Notes: a model not told the origin generated them from the letters alone. A DNA stretch of 58,918 nt, filler included, from Sphacelaria rigidula (GCA_964200075.2; 4 parts of 4 records of this genome joined end to end with filler, not necessarily neighbours in it), one strand, 5' to 3'. Counted from the whole stretch's first letter, positions 1 through 12,752 are shown. Numbers and translations: made by a program.

Positions 1-72
1 TTCTCCCTTTTGGGCAATCAGGCCGAAGAATCGTGGATTTGGTGATTCGTAGTCGTGATGATTCGTCCTAAC

Positions 73-133
73 CGTGAAAATATTGATGGGGTGTTTACAG
101 AAGTATAAAAGAGGTATTTTATCGGTAAATACC
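73..133 (-). CDS. Possible next EndoG exon
   Basis: ctgcag|GGTATT...TTCACG|gttagg is open in phase with the 461-668 exon (GYLPIKYLFYTSVNTPSIFS). It has no clear family motif, and its donor region is repeated at 4810-4827. Confidence 0.3.
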
Positions 134-460
134 CTGCAGAATCATACCAGATTGTTCGGAGCAAGGCTCTCGATATCCTCCCGGACCATATACCGAATGT
201 TTGACACACATTTCGGTATGGTTTAGTATGCCAACCAAAACTGCCCTCCCTTGCGGGTATACCCTGCAGAACACAACATTTGTACCTTCTTTCAGAACTA
301 TTTGCAGCTATAGCTGTGAACGCCCTGTACAAGCTATGACAACTTTTCTCCAACCCACTACATCTTTCACAAGAAACTAATATTGGGGGGGGGGGGGGAT
401 GCGGCGTTCTTGTCTGAGTGAGTCAGTAAACCACCAAACTAAATCTCCACCACCACTCAC

Positions 461-668
461 CCTCAGAGTCGCCGCCTCCTGCATGCTTACTCTCGAGAGA
501 AGGCAAGAACAGCGGGCCAGTGATGACGTAGACGTCCTTGAAAGGCGGGCCAACGGATGACGTCCCTGATGCGGCGGAACTACCGCCGCTTGACGATTCT
601 TTCGGAACGACCAGTAGGCGAACGAACTCCTCAAAATCCGCCCAGTACCCGCGGTTAAATGATGGATC
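461..668 (-). CDS. ENDOG: EndoG exon (FNRGYW...VITGPLFLP)
   Basis: ctacag|GATCCA...GAGG|gtgagt; lies inside ORF 423..884. Confidence 0.92.
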
Positions 669-3600
669 CTGTAGTTCAAGGTGGGATCGAACAAGGACAG
701 AAGGTCGGCCACGACTGTTCAAAGAGATTGTACCACCGACGTGGTGTTCAAAACCTGAAGACACATTGGCGGGTGGGCTTGTCAGACTGATAAACATCTC
801 CCGGACGGCAAGGAAGCGGTTCAAACCTAGCGACACACCAGCAACTGATGCGCCTGCCTCCACTCTAGCCAACCATGACAGCATATGTGAAGATCAAACG
901 TGGTTTGCCATGACTGAAATCAGGGAGGTTTCACTCAATCGAGTACCTGTAGGAGTAAAATAAGCGCACGGCAAAGTTCACGACATGATTGGAATAGAAG
1001 GGTACTAACCTGGGGCGCCATATTTGTCAGCAAGAAGGTCTCTTTCAGGTACTCCTCCGTCGTTTTGTGGTCGCCCGCTGGGGCGAGGTGGCCTCTGTCC
1101 AGGCCGCTCCCTCTGTAGTCGGATAGCTCGGTTCGGAATAATGGTTGTAGACGAGAGTCCGCCTTGAACGATGCCTGTATGGATTACGACAATCGCCAGT
1201 AGAAAATGATTTGGAAAAGTGACGGCATTCGGACTTGTCCTCATTATATATAAGTCGACCCAAGAAAGAGACATAGCTGATGTCGCGCTTTGTAAAAAAA
1301 CATACTTGGATGAATGTGACGAAAAAACAACGGCAATATATATATATACGTAGAATATGTTTTTAAATGTCATGGTCCACGCGGTTCTCACCCTGCTCCT
1401 GTCACCACATCCGGTTAGGGTGGCCTTATTGATACGCTCCACCACCCACCGCACGTTTCTAGTCCTTGAGTCCCAGCAAGACGTGTACTCCTGGGAAGGC
1501 AAAATGACCTGCATTCGCCAAAACACATGGTAGCAATCTCAGCAGTCAGTACACCAATCCATCCGGACACAAAAAATACAGGACATGATACATAAAATTA
1601 CTGACGTCAGCCCGAGCAGCAAAAAAGTATGGTGTACGCCTCTTTCGTGGTTAGCTAACAAATGAATTACTATGTGGTACTGTACGCGACAGACCTTTCT
1701 CGCAACTTCGCGAATTCCTCTCCTTATTCGATCAATTAAAACGTACGTAAGCTCCGAAGTGAGAAGACGTTGGACATGAACGCACACGCATCTCCTCATG
1801 CACGTCATCAACCCTTTGATCGCTGGGAGGCTTGTATTCCTACCTATTTACAGTCCCGTATTCATGGAGAACGATGACAGTTTTTGCGTGGATGAGCCCT
1901 GGCAGGCCACATGAGCTCTGAAACAATTTTCAATTTTTCGTTCAGGATCGCTGGGATTGCTGCGAGGGGCTGAGAGGCATAGTCTTGCCCACATATGCTT
2001 GGAACACAAAAAGGCGACCGACGTCGCCTTCCCTTTTACAACTCTCAAGGCCATGAGCTCCCATCCGCGTGAGCAGCAGGGGTTTGGGAGGAGGACAAGC
2101 TCACCGCTACCAGCCCACGCGCGTTGCTTGCGTGTCAACCTGTTGTGCTCGTCCCGCTCAGTTTGCCGTCATGAGAAGGTTTAATAACATCGCAAAGTTC
2201 AGATATGAAATCCAAACACCGACCGAGGTGCTACGTGACTTGCAGCACGTACACCTTCCCCAAATACGCCACGCCGTCCAGCAGTTCATCAGCCCCTGTG
2301 CGTGTTGATGCGTTGATACACCGTACTATACTATTTAAAAGTTGCTATTCTGACATCGTTAACTCCCGGCTTGTCCACGAGTATCTCTGACCCCCGGTAT
2401 ATCATACGCGTGGTAACGTCATAATCCACGTACTTGTAGGTCTTGTCTTTGCCCCCCCAGAAACAACTATTCCGAACCCGAAGAGAAAAAGAAAAAGAAA
2501 AAAAAGCGGCCTACAGGCACATCGTCATCGAAAGGGTTAACAATAGCAGACAACTGAACGTTCGACGACCACCAGGACTACCCCCCACGCCCACCGTTAC
2601 CGAGAACGTTCTGAATCTCGTAGGTGCTGTGCTATGTCGTCATTTCATTCGGACGGGCGGTTTGTGAGGGGACTGTTGACTTGCCACCTCTCCCGGTACG
2701 TCCGCTATTATTGAGGTCACGGAGCCCTTGCCTCTTTTTTGTTGTTGTTTTTGCTTTTCTCAGAATAAAAAATACCTGGTCGAGGTCGGGAAGTCCGTAG
2801 TGTTCAACGAAGGGCGCGAGGAAGTCCGAAGCTACCGGACTAGAGCTCTTCACCTGCGTGTACAAAGGCGGAATCTTTGTCGGATCACCGAAAGTGCTTT
2901 CTGTAGATTTTTACGGTACTGTGTCATTTCTCTCCGGCATCCAGAGACGTGAGCCTGAGTAACCACACGCCTTCGAGGAAAACGTTGTGCGGATCGGTCC
3001 CGGGTTTTATCGTGGAGCAGACACATGCAACAAGCATTTGTCTAGTGGACACGCGACCGGCATATTTTCTTGTGTGGCATCGATACATGACACCGCGGCA
3101 ACAAAAAAAAAGCGCTGCATGGAGCACACCCTGTTCAGGTGTATCGCACGTTACCGGAGCACCCGGTTACTGCCAACCGTCAACCCTCAAGTCCGCCATG
3201 CCCCCAACACACGTATGCATCAAGGGAGGCGAGCATTTGGACAACGACGAGTCCCACGATTAGCTCCACGTGAGCTACGCACATACTCTATAAAACCGGG
3301 CAAAAAGTATTTCGCAGCATCGCGAGGCATGCACCGTCAGCCAAGCCGGATGGCGTTCACAGCTTTGAAAAATTAGTTCTCCGCTCTTCACCCAGTATGC
3401 TGTGTGACACCTGCGTACACGCGAAAGCTTCGCAAACAAGCATAAACAACCTCTTGCTCCGTGCATAACACTCCCGGAGAACATCATGAACCTCACCGAC
3501 AAAGCGGGCAGTGCTCTCGAGGTGGACGCAGTCGCTTCTTCCGAGCTAGTTGCCATCTCCGGAGATTCCGTGCTGCGTGGACGATGTATTGATTATTTTT

Positions 3601-6600
3601 TATAGTGAGTATTCTCGCCAAAAAGTAGGAAAAGGATGCAAAAGCTGTTTCGGCAGAGTACGGTATTGTCAACTGTTGTCAAGCTTGAGTCTGAGAGCGT
3701 GTCTTATCGAAGCACATTTATTTTCTTCATCGAAATCGACGTTAACATCGAACGCGATTCCGTTGCTCCAATTTTAAGCTTGAGATGAAGGCCGATCACT
3801 ATCAGCACCCTCACAAACCGAGACAAAAGCCCAGCGGTTCAAAAGATGGGCTCCAGGGGTGCAATGCTCAAAGCAGAGCTTGATATGCCCACGCGATATG
3901 TTTTACTCAAACCACATGCGGCGTACTCCTTCGGGCTTCAAGGCGTCAAAATCGAGGTGCCGAAGACTGTTTTCGACTACAACACCTTGCCAAAAATGTA
4001 CATTTCCCCGCAGAAATGCCTCAGAATCTTTCGAAAGCACTATTAATCCTCGACCAGCGGCGAACCGAGCGCACTCAATTAAAGCACCTACTCGTACTGT
4101 GGTGGACTGTCGTTACGCGTCGATGTGTGCGCACCTACGGTAGTGCGGGTGTTCGTATGTGATGCTGTACGCGCTGAAACGCCAGGACTAAGGCGTTTGA
4201 TCCACACGGAGGCCTTGACTATACGAAATCATGGACAGGCACCAAAGTGGACGGAGTTCTCCTTGAGGGACTATGTTTTTTTACGCAGTTTTTCACGTTT
4301 AGGACGACTAGAACCGTGATTCAACTCATATTCATCATTCCAAAGAACAAATTATACTATTTGTACATCATTTGTAATTCATACGGCTTTTCAGCTTGTG
4401 CGTCGTGCAGTACATGTCAAAGGTACCTGTTGCCTACCTTCCGTGAATACCGGGGTGAATAATGGGCACATATTCATCCCCTGCACTGTAATTTGAATGA
4501 ATCGATTGTACATGCCACGCACTTCTTACCATCATGAGGGGGGAACGTCATGTACAACTTGCTTGACCGAGTCGTTCGAGTTGAGCGCCCGTATGTTTTT
4601 CCCACCTTCGGGTTAATGCGGGACCAACAATGTAAACAGGTTGAATCCTCACTTCCTATGGGCCCTGAATCGCACGTACTTTTCTCCCATCTGTAATGCG
4701 CGAAAGATGCCTGCGCTGCATAGGTGTTATCCACCCTCGACTCAGCGGGACCAACAATTTATACAGGTTGAATCCTTTCATTTCATGAGGAGCCAACTCG
4801 TATGAACTCTGATTCGTCCTAACCGTGCAGTCTTTCGACCGAGGCAGTCATTTTCAATACCCCAGCATCGACTTCGGGCCTGCCTGAGGTATGTATCCAA
4901 AACTCGAGAGCCGCTCGCTTGCGGTTCGGGACGACGCGCAAATTACAACGACACTCGACCGTTGCCGTCGCCGATTTTCGATTTGTTCTGAATTCTTGTT
5001 TTCCAAAACGAAAAGCTACCAAGCGAGCAACCGACTCCTGAAAATGGACAACTGACACAGTACACCCACACCAACATGAGAGCGGCGGGAATGGTGGACG
5101 TTAGACTAGCTAATTCAGTGGCAAACAATAACAGGCGTCCAAACGCATCCAGTTTCACACCGTGCTACAGCGGGGAGGTGAAAACTTGTATCGTTTTCAC
5201 TTGAAAAAACTGACTTGAAGACCCATAGGACCCACCCTGGCGGCCAAAACGTTAATGCAGGACAAAACACCCATTTTAATACTAGTACGCCGTCGCAAAA
5301 AAACTCAAGTGGCATATGAGGGATCGTATTGACGGGGCAATTTTTCAATTGATTTTTTTCGATTTATCCTCCCCAAATATGATTTTATGCCCGGCTTCCA
5401 CGAAAAACAAATTGCTGAAAAAGAAAAAAGAGGTTTTGCCCAGCGATCCTTCACGCCGTTTTTTCGAGTTAGACTCTGAAATTGTGCACACGGGTGCTCT
5501 GAATTTTTCAAGAAATGCTGTGTGGATGGGGTCTTTCGATGTATATATTTTTCGCCAGATATCCGAGGTCTCGGGAGGCGGTGTCCGGAATTTACTCCCC
5601 AGCGATCCTTCACGCCGCTTTTTTTAGTTAGACACTGAAATTGTGCACACGGGTGCTCTGAGAAATTTAGAAAGACTGTACGAATAAATACTTGGTTTTA
5701 GTATACTTTTGACTAAGTACTCGGTTTCAGTATGCCACTCCCCTCTCCCCCGGCTGCTACCATGATAAAACACCTAGGGCTGAGGAGAGGGCTGCGCCTA
5801 TTGATAGCCTGCTTGTTGTAGGGCCCTTGAACAAGAATCTAAAAAATCTAAGAAAGTCAAGATACAGACAACATTTTGTTCGTATAGACGTGGTCTTTCG
5901 ATTTTTTTTCTTTCGCCAGATATCCGGGGTCCCGGGAGGCGGTGTCAACACGCCTCCCGGGACCCCGGATATCTGGCGAAAAAAACAAAATCGGAGACCC
6001 CATTTATCCCGCCGAGCAATGCCGCGGTATGAGTGCACTTTTCGTTGTGAAGCTCTTTGTTGCAGGAGCCTGTCGATGACAAATATCTGGACCTCAGTGT
6101 ACAGCCTCGATGAACTTTTGGACCGGAAAGCGCACCCCTCCCGCGGCATCACTCAGCCTTTCAAAATTTCTCAGAGCACCCATGTGCAAAATTTCAGTGT
6201 CCAGCTCAAAAAAGTGGCGTGAGAAGTCGCCACTATGTGCGTGGAAGTATATAAATGCACGCGGAATCCCCCTAATTACTTGATTATAGTGTGGTACCGT
6301 CGTTTCCCTTGCGCGCTCAAGCTTTCATCGACCGCTTGGAATCAGCTTTTCGAGTTATGCACCGAAACTTTTTACAATCCTTCCTTTAACTACCTCGGTA
6401 CGAATCAAATTTTTATTTTTTTCTTCAAAGCAATCTCCACCGGCTTCAGGGGGTCTTCAAGCTGGAACCCCCGGAAGCCGGTACAAAGCTGATAAACGTT
6501 GGAATACTCTTGAATATATTATTTTTCTTCGTAGAACTCACATGTCCCGAACTGCCAAGTTCGAGGATGATCGGAGATTTTCTACGAAATTTACAAAGGA

Positions 6601-9600
6601 AAACGTCGAGAGGCCCCCTGGGTCTTCAATTCATATTTCAGTGGAAATTGGACGACTCCAAAACCCCCATCACCGAAATATAACGTTTTGGGGTATACCT
6701 CGGTCCTATACAAACCGTTTAAAAAAAAAAAACATTAGATCTCCTAACTCATGGTGCTTACTAAGGTTTACTTCGTAACAAGATTGGGCACAAATTGAGT
6801 CGGGGATTCGCATTTTTAATCTCAGAATAATCTGAACGCCCCTGATTGACCGAGAAACATTCTCAATACCAGCGCCAGGTCAAAGGACGCGCGAAAACAT
6901 CTGGTTGTGTCACTCACTTGCTCCTGGGGGTCGCTATGATATCAAATTTCCCATCGGGTCAGTTTTGCGTTTTGTTTTCAGTGTGTTGTTGTGTTGTCGT
7001 CCCAACTATTCTGGACGCCAGTCTACACCTTTCGGTATATGTGGGCGCACCAGTCGGGGTCACACAGGAGGACGATCAACACAACAGTTTTTATATTTTG
7101 TTTGTTTTTAATACCCCACCTTCCTTCTGCGGTGCTTGCCTTTTATTTCTTTATCGCGAGAGGATTTCAGCGGTCCCTTTCCCCCGTCGACCATTAAGTC
7201 GAATTTTGTGTACCCACGACATAGTCGCTCTCCACTGTTGGGGATGGTGTGAGAAAAAATCCTAGATCGCTCCGAGATTTGAATCTACGACCCAACCGTT
7301 AAAAGGTTTCGAGGTTACCAACTGAGCCACCGGGGCGACCGGATACATTCGCAAATCACTTTCTAGTGGGGAATAAATTTTTCGGGCACTCACCCTAAAC
7401 CAGCCTGTAGGGCAATAGTAGTGGGATACAAAGTCGTTCACTTCGCGAGTCAGCGGTGGTACAGGATTTCTCACTCTGTTTATGGGGTATTCAAGCACAA
7501 ATAGACAAAAAGATGTGCCCGGTAGTTCTGAACTCATCTCGATTTCTCCGCGTCGAAATATAGCGTCGAAAAGTATAGTTCCTGTGTCCCATAAGGAAAG
7601 GCGATAATATTATTCAAATATTTATAGACAGTTCGTTCTTGTGTGGAGAGAGACTCCAGGGTCGAGAGGAGAAGATTATCTCGAGGGGTGCCCGGAGAGG
7701 CACCACCTCGAGTTGAAGTATGACTATTACTCCGGGGACAGGATGGACATTGATCCGAGAGGACAGACTAGTGTTCCTGAGGGAAAATGCCCGGAACTAT
7801 GCCTGAGATATGAACATTCCTGGGACGGAGCGGAGGGATCAATATATATTATCGGAACTAAGCCGAGGGAGATATGGTCCCGTCGCAGTTGTGGACACGT
7901 AAAAACTTGTGGACTGCCCTAGTACTAACATCTTTGGTATTTTTTACAATAGTTGAAACCTTTTTTTTCGCGCATTACCCAACATTGGCCAACGGCAGAA
8001 CAAAAACCAGTCGGTCCGAAAATGGCGGTAGTTCGCTCGTATTCCAGGCGAGAAAAACACGAAAACTAAAAAATGGTCGTCCTCGCCATCATTAGAACTT
8101 GATGCGAGATAGTCCCAGGTCCCAGGCCCTAGTGAAGACCTCGTGATCGTACTTTAAAAACCCTTTCATACGTTCCTGCCCTCTACCGCGCCGATACTCG
8201 TGTATGCTCCACACTGATTCCCGAACAAAGCCCAAATTTCGAGGGAAATACACGTTACACATGTGACACAATTAAAAAAAACGGGAAAAACGTGACTTTG
8301 GCCCAATTAACGCTACGTAAGGTGTAACGTGCGGACCTTAAAGCATTGTCTCTTGGGATTTTCCAGATGTAAAAAAAATACTATTTTTGTAACAAATGTG
8401 ACGTAACGTGGTGTAACGTGCGGACCTTGAAGCAATGTCTCTTGGGATTTTCCAGATGAAAAAAAATACTAATTTTGTGAATTTATAACGTGACACGTGA
8501 CACGTTACAAATTCACGAAAAAACGCAGAGTTTCCGTCACATTGGGAAAGTAAAACACTATGTTAGGGTTCATGCGAAGACCCACAAGTTACATCACGTT
8601 ACGTTACATTTGTGCCATCGAAAAAATGGAACCTTACGTATCATTAAATGACCCGAAGTTACGTTTTCTCGAATGTATCACGTTAAAGCGTCACGTGTAA
8701 CGTATATACCCATGCAAATTTCCACGCCGGGCAGCTCATGAGCTACCCCAATAATATTTCTCATTAGTTTACTAATCCGGATCATGAGCTAGCTCATTTG
8801 CCCCCCCTTTCCATATTTGCTCCCTACAGCGCTGGGCGCGGAGCACGCGGTGGAGCGCAAATGTGTCGTTTTGGCTTATCGGATCCTTCTGTCGCGTATT
8901 CTGTGTTCTTGGACAAGGGATCTGAGAGTGCTCTTCGAGTAGTCATTTTCGGTAGCTCATGAGCTGTTCGACGCGTGCAAATTTCGACCCAAACGTTTTC
9001 AGTGAGGCCAACTCTTATGGGAGCGTTTAGAATTTGATTATGCAATAATTTTAAACGACTTTTTTTTCCTTCTTTGCCGTAGTTGTGTATTTTGTGCCCG
9101 TTCACCATGATGACAAAGAAAAAAAAAACTCCTCTGAAATTGTTGCAAAATAAAAATTTCAAACGCTCCCATGATAGTTGGCTTAAGTATGACTTTTTTT
9201 TTTTAATGGGCATCTCCATGATCTTACTTTTTCGACAAACCTCACTGCTGTAGCATCGTGAGCACCTTCGTTGGGAAGGAACGATCTTCACCACGTGAAA
9301 TAATTTTCTTATGGCACAGAGGAAGTATATTCTGTGCCAACGAGCTGACGAATTTATTGGCATTTCTTGTCATGTTCTGCTCGATATTTCGTGTGCGGAC
9401 AATCTTCTAGCTATCTTCGCGCTGTTCTACATGTACCCTTGCGGAGTTTGCCGAGATCTCACGACCGGTTGATGTTGCCAGTCATGGATCCCATGCACTC
9501 AGACTAGCCGCTTGCTTGCACTACAGTATGTTCATGCCATTTACGCAGCTATTATAACATCAGCAACGCACCAATGACAGCGGCAAAGACAGTAAAAACA

Positions 9601-11500
9601 CAACATCGCACCGTTGGTTTGATTTTTGGTTCCTATTCTTGGGCCGTGTCTTATCAAATTGTTTTCGACTCGAAGATGTACGATGGAATCAAATTTGCTC
9701 TTACCTGATACGTCCACGGCATCCATGTTCTCAACCATCTGAGGAAACAGAGAGCGTGGGCGAATCAGAAACGAGGGAATTCGATTCGACCGCACGTTTT
9801 CGACACGAAAACAATTTGATAAGACACGGCCCTAGTGCCAGAATGGCCGCCAGAACCAAATCATACAATTTATCACAAGCTGTGGAAATTGAAGCAGCGT
9901 GTTGCTTCGTGCAACCTGCAGCTACTGCGTCGCTTTCACTCCTTGTATCGCATCCCGCTTTGTTCCCACCAGCTCGTTCGTTGCGTTCATTTCCCTCGTT
10001 CAGCGTTGCACAAGACACATCGGCACATGACGGTCGAAAATGGCACGGCTTTCTTCTCTTGATTGTTGTTTGCCCATTGCTTTTAAAAAAATGCTGGAGG
10101 CGCTTTGTTGGACTTGCACCTGGTGTTGGGGGTGAACCTGATTTGCGGATTGATCTTTATAAGAAGCTTGTGAAGGCAACACACACTACGAGTACTCTCT
10201 ACTATAAAATAGTAAGAAGCTACAAGGTGGGGGGCAGTACTATTTAGATAGCGCGGGCGACAGCAGAAATTACGAGGGTTCGCAAATCCAGCGATTCGGC
10301 AGATGATGAGGCCATCTTCCGTGCGCCGCCGCCCAGCGTATGCGGGCACCGAACACCATTTCAGTAGACTGGAGGGAACAGCAGCGAAATACTCCATGGA
10401 TGAAGTGTCGTTCCACCTGCACAAGACGAAACTGGCCTCCTGTCATGGAACGGCTCGCCAGGGTGACGTCCGCACGCTTTGTGCGAGCGAAGCGCCTGTG
10501 GATTGTGTGGTACTTGCTGTCGGGATCGTCCGGTTTGCAGACTGGGGATTCAGAACGAACCAGAGAGATAGGGCGTTGCTACTGCCGTGTTGGGGACAAG
10601 GCTCTGTGCCGCACACGTTGTCGTGATTTCGGGGCAATACGAGTCTCGTACAAGTTCGTTCGTTTTCGTCTCCTTTGAATCTACAGTATTCCACCTATGA
10701 ACTGTCCACCAAGCATGCAAACGCGCCCTCTAATAACTGACAGAAAGCGAAGAACTTTCAATCCGATCGGCAGCGTCTCTTGCTTCCCGGTATCAGCCAA
10801 TTCCGTGCGGTATACTGCAGGCATAGTCGGGCGCTTGACTTAGCGCCAACCGATGATTGGACTTCATGGCGGCGAGTCTTGCCTCGCACTTCCCTACCCG
10901 ACATGAAATCGGATCGACCACTGACTCAATAGTACCGACTGATCCGCAAGGAAAGCAACCGTTTGTAAGGTCGGGTGGTATGCAGCCAACTGAAAGGAAA
11001 TGGTGTGGGCGGCACCATTCTGCATTGCTCATGCCTTAACCAGCAGGGCGAGATTTGCTTGCTTCACACTTCGTCTCCGAGGCACGCCTACAACCCTCCG
11101 ATGCACATGAGTTCATTATCCCGCAAGCGAGCAAGTAATTTTCTGTAGGTGACGGGGTATAACACCCCCATATAAAATACTTTCAACCTTCTTCATCCGG
11201 GCGAGAGGGAAGCTGTACTCGCTATGCATCCTTTATCAAGGGAAATATTTTCGATAACACGGCTGACAATGGCAAAGGGATACGAGCTAAAATATATTCA
11301 TCACGCGGGGTCATTCATTTAAGGAGATTTCACGTGCGGATAAACTGGGTACGCGGTCAAACAACAGACGGTATGGTACAAAAACAGCAGACCACGGCTT
11401 ACCTTTGTTGCTGCCGGTCGAATGCGAACATCCCTGCGGCACCGACGGCAAAACCACTTCCCGCGGCAGCGATAACTCTTCCCGTTACCCGAGAGGCCAT
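461..11500 (-). CDS. ENDOG: Endonuclease G / Nuc1-like DNA/RNA non-specific endonuclease, spliced; 3' part probably continues past the window start
   Basis: Phase-consistent GT-AG exons 11500-11403, 3572-3497, 2853-2776, 1508-1392, 1174-1010, 668-461. They give MASRVTGRVIAAAGSGFAVGAAGMFAF...HYGLPDLDQVILPSQEYTSCWDSRTRNVRWVVERI...DYRGSGLDRGHLAPAGDH...TFLLTNMAPQDPSFNRGYWADFEEFVR...DVYVITGPLFLP. DRGH, NMAPQ, FNxxxWxxxE and VITGPLFLP are EndoG family motifs. Confidence 0.92.
1010..1174 (-). CDS. ENDOG: EndoG catalytic exon (DRGH motif)
   Basis: atacag|GCATCG...CCCCAG|gttagt; 55 codons ASFKADSRLQPLFRTELSDYRGSGLDRGHLAPAGDHKTTEEYLKETFLLTNMAPQ. This frame is not in the ORF track. Confidence 0.95.
1392..1508 (-). 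CDS. ENDOG: EndoG exon (YTSCWDSRTRNVRWVVE)
   Basis: tgcag|GTCATT...AGCAGG|gtgaga; 39 codons. An alternative in-frame acceptor exists at 1490. Confidence 0.88.
5439..6228. mobile_element. Foldback/MITE-like element with internal direct and inverted repeats, in the ~7.8-kb EndoG intron (3573-11402)
   Basis: ~63-bp unit at 5439-5502 and 5598-5661, with an inverted copy at ~6168-6228; perfect 31-bp-arm palindrome at 5911-5981. Confidence 0.7.
6978..7345 (-). mobile_element. tRNA-derived SINE, near full length
   Basis: Minus-strand head GCCCCGGTGGCTCAGTTGGTAAC...GATTCAAATCTC with A/B-box-like motifs. The body is shared with 34460-34672 and 51027-51712, and there is a (CA/CAA)-rich tail. Confidence 0.75.
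8248..8707. mobile_element. AT-rich MITE-like element with many GTAACGTG/CACGTTAC motifs
   Basis: Imperfect TIRs (TACACGTTACACATGTGAC ... GTCACGTGTAACGTATA) and an internal ~70-bp duplication (8321-8390 / 8411-8479). Confidence 0.6.
9641..9832. mobile_element. MITE (GGGCC termini, PIF/Harbinger-like)
   Basis: Perfect 27-bp TIR GGGCCGTGTCTTATCAAATTGTTTTCG, extending imperfectly inward. Confidence 0.8.
10290..10480 (+). pseudogene. Possible C-terminal fragment of a pogo/Tigger-like transposase
   Basis: RRRPAYAGTEHHFSRLEGTAAKYSMDEVSFHLHKTKLA resembles, from recall only, C-terminal tails of pogo-like transposases. No DDE core is visible. Confidence 0.3.
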
Positions 11501-11509
11501 GGTCGTTTG
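11403..11509 (-). CDS. ENDOG: EndoG exon with ATG (11500) and putative mitochondrial presequence/hydrophobic anchor
   Basis: ttttttccag|CAAACGACCATGGCC...CAACAAAG|gtaagc; the phase-2 end joins exon 3572-3497 in frame. The peptide has no acidic residue in the first 27 aa and is Arg/Ala/Gly-rich. Confidence 0.75.
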
Positions 11510-12597
11510 CTGGAAAAAATGAGTTACAAGGCACAACAACTATCTAGCTGGCAGGTGGCAGGTGGCGAAGACGTGACAAAAAATACAGCAGATATAGAAA
11601 ACGGCCGACCCAAAAATATCAAGATACACTGTGAAAAAGTGCGTTGTCATATTCCATGCTGCATACGTTCACGCCTTTTCTCTTTCCCCCGAGTTTCCTC
11701 TGCTCAGAGATCAAAATGTACGAGCATTATCTATAATAAAAAATCAATAAATTATCAACATATTTAGCAGAAATGGATCAGAGTGAAGTGATCAGACGGT
11801 GTTTAGCGTGGCTTCTCGAATACGGATATTAGTGATCAACGGGAACTACATGGAAGCATAGTCGTGTGTGGATCCACGAAAACTATATGGAAGCGACGCG
11901 CGAGATCGTTGAATACAGCACCCAACTATACCGTGCTATTTTACGGAAGTGACGCACCATGGGGAACTGCTGCCCATGCTTCCGTTCGAGTCCTGACTAC
12001 GAAGAGTCGTATGGAGGTGAAGTTGGGTGTAAGTACGTGTTGTCTTGTCGTCGACAAACACCACTGACATCTCTGCATCACCGTCCTCTCTGACAGCTAT
12101 CGCCATGGTTTTGGTATTCACACCCAATTTTTGAGCAGCTGATTATCTAATTATGCGTTGCTTCATGACGGGAAATGATCCAAGATGAGGCCAAGAGTTG
12201 GTTCAGCAGCTTTGTTGCGCTGTTTTCATGAAGAAAATGTGCAGAGACCTGTTCGGAAAGGCAAGGGCGAGATGCGGTGCCATACTCCTGAAATACTACT
12301 GTTGCGAATCGAACGCGACATGTATGTTGCTTGGTATGACTGGTCGCCAGTTTTTGTTCCGGTTCGGTGCAGCTTCGGTGTAAGTTGTTTCTTTTGTATC
12401 GATCCCTCCGTGCCCCGTCGATTCCCCATCGTACTTCACGGATGCTAGCGACCTGCCTGACTAACCGGCAAAAAAAAGAAAACGAGGCGATGATGAAGAG
12501 GCAAAGATAGGCCGTCGGTTTAGGACGTGTCGGCGAAGAATCGAACCAAAGTCCTCGTGCGCGAAGCGTTGAAGAATTACTTGGTCCGAATTCTGAC

Positions 12598-12752
12598 CTT
12601 TCCCAGGACGCCACCGTCCGCTGCTGTCGTTGTTTCGGGAAGGCGGAGGTGGCGGACAGCGCTTGGGCACGGCCGCCGAGCACGCCGAGGACAAGCGACG
12701 AAGGGCGGAGGAAGCAGCTGAGGCGCGAGGTACATCCCGATGGTAGAGGCAT
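12598..12752 (-). other. Probable first exon of the EndoG gene (5' UTR or alternative N-terminus)
   Basis: GC-rich block ending GAAAG|gtcaga, upstream of the acceptor at 11509; ATGs at 12752 and 12735. Confidence 0.45.

Noticed and set aside
7262..7345. tRNA gene (also 53124-53200 and 35521-35590)
   Set aside because: A/B boxes are present but the cloverleaves are broken. At 7262 and 53124 the head is fused to a repeated body, so these are SINE heads.
11936..12127. AEMSVVFVDD resembling the YbeY endoribonuclease
   Set aside because: The downstream NxxxR..D..TDVLSF and HGxLH motifs are absent; probably a chance match.
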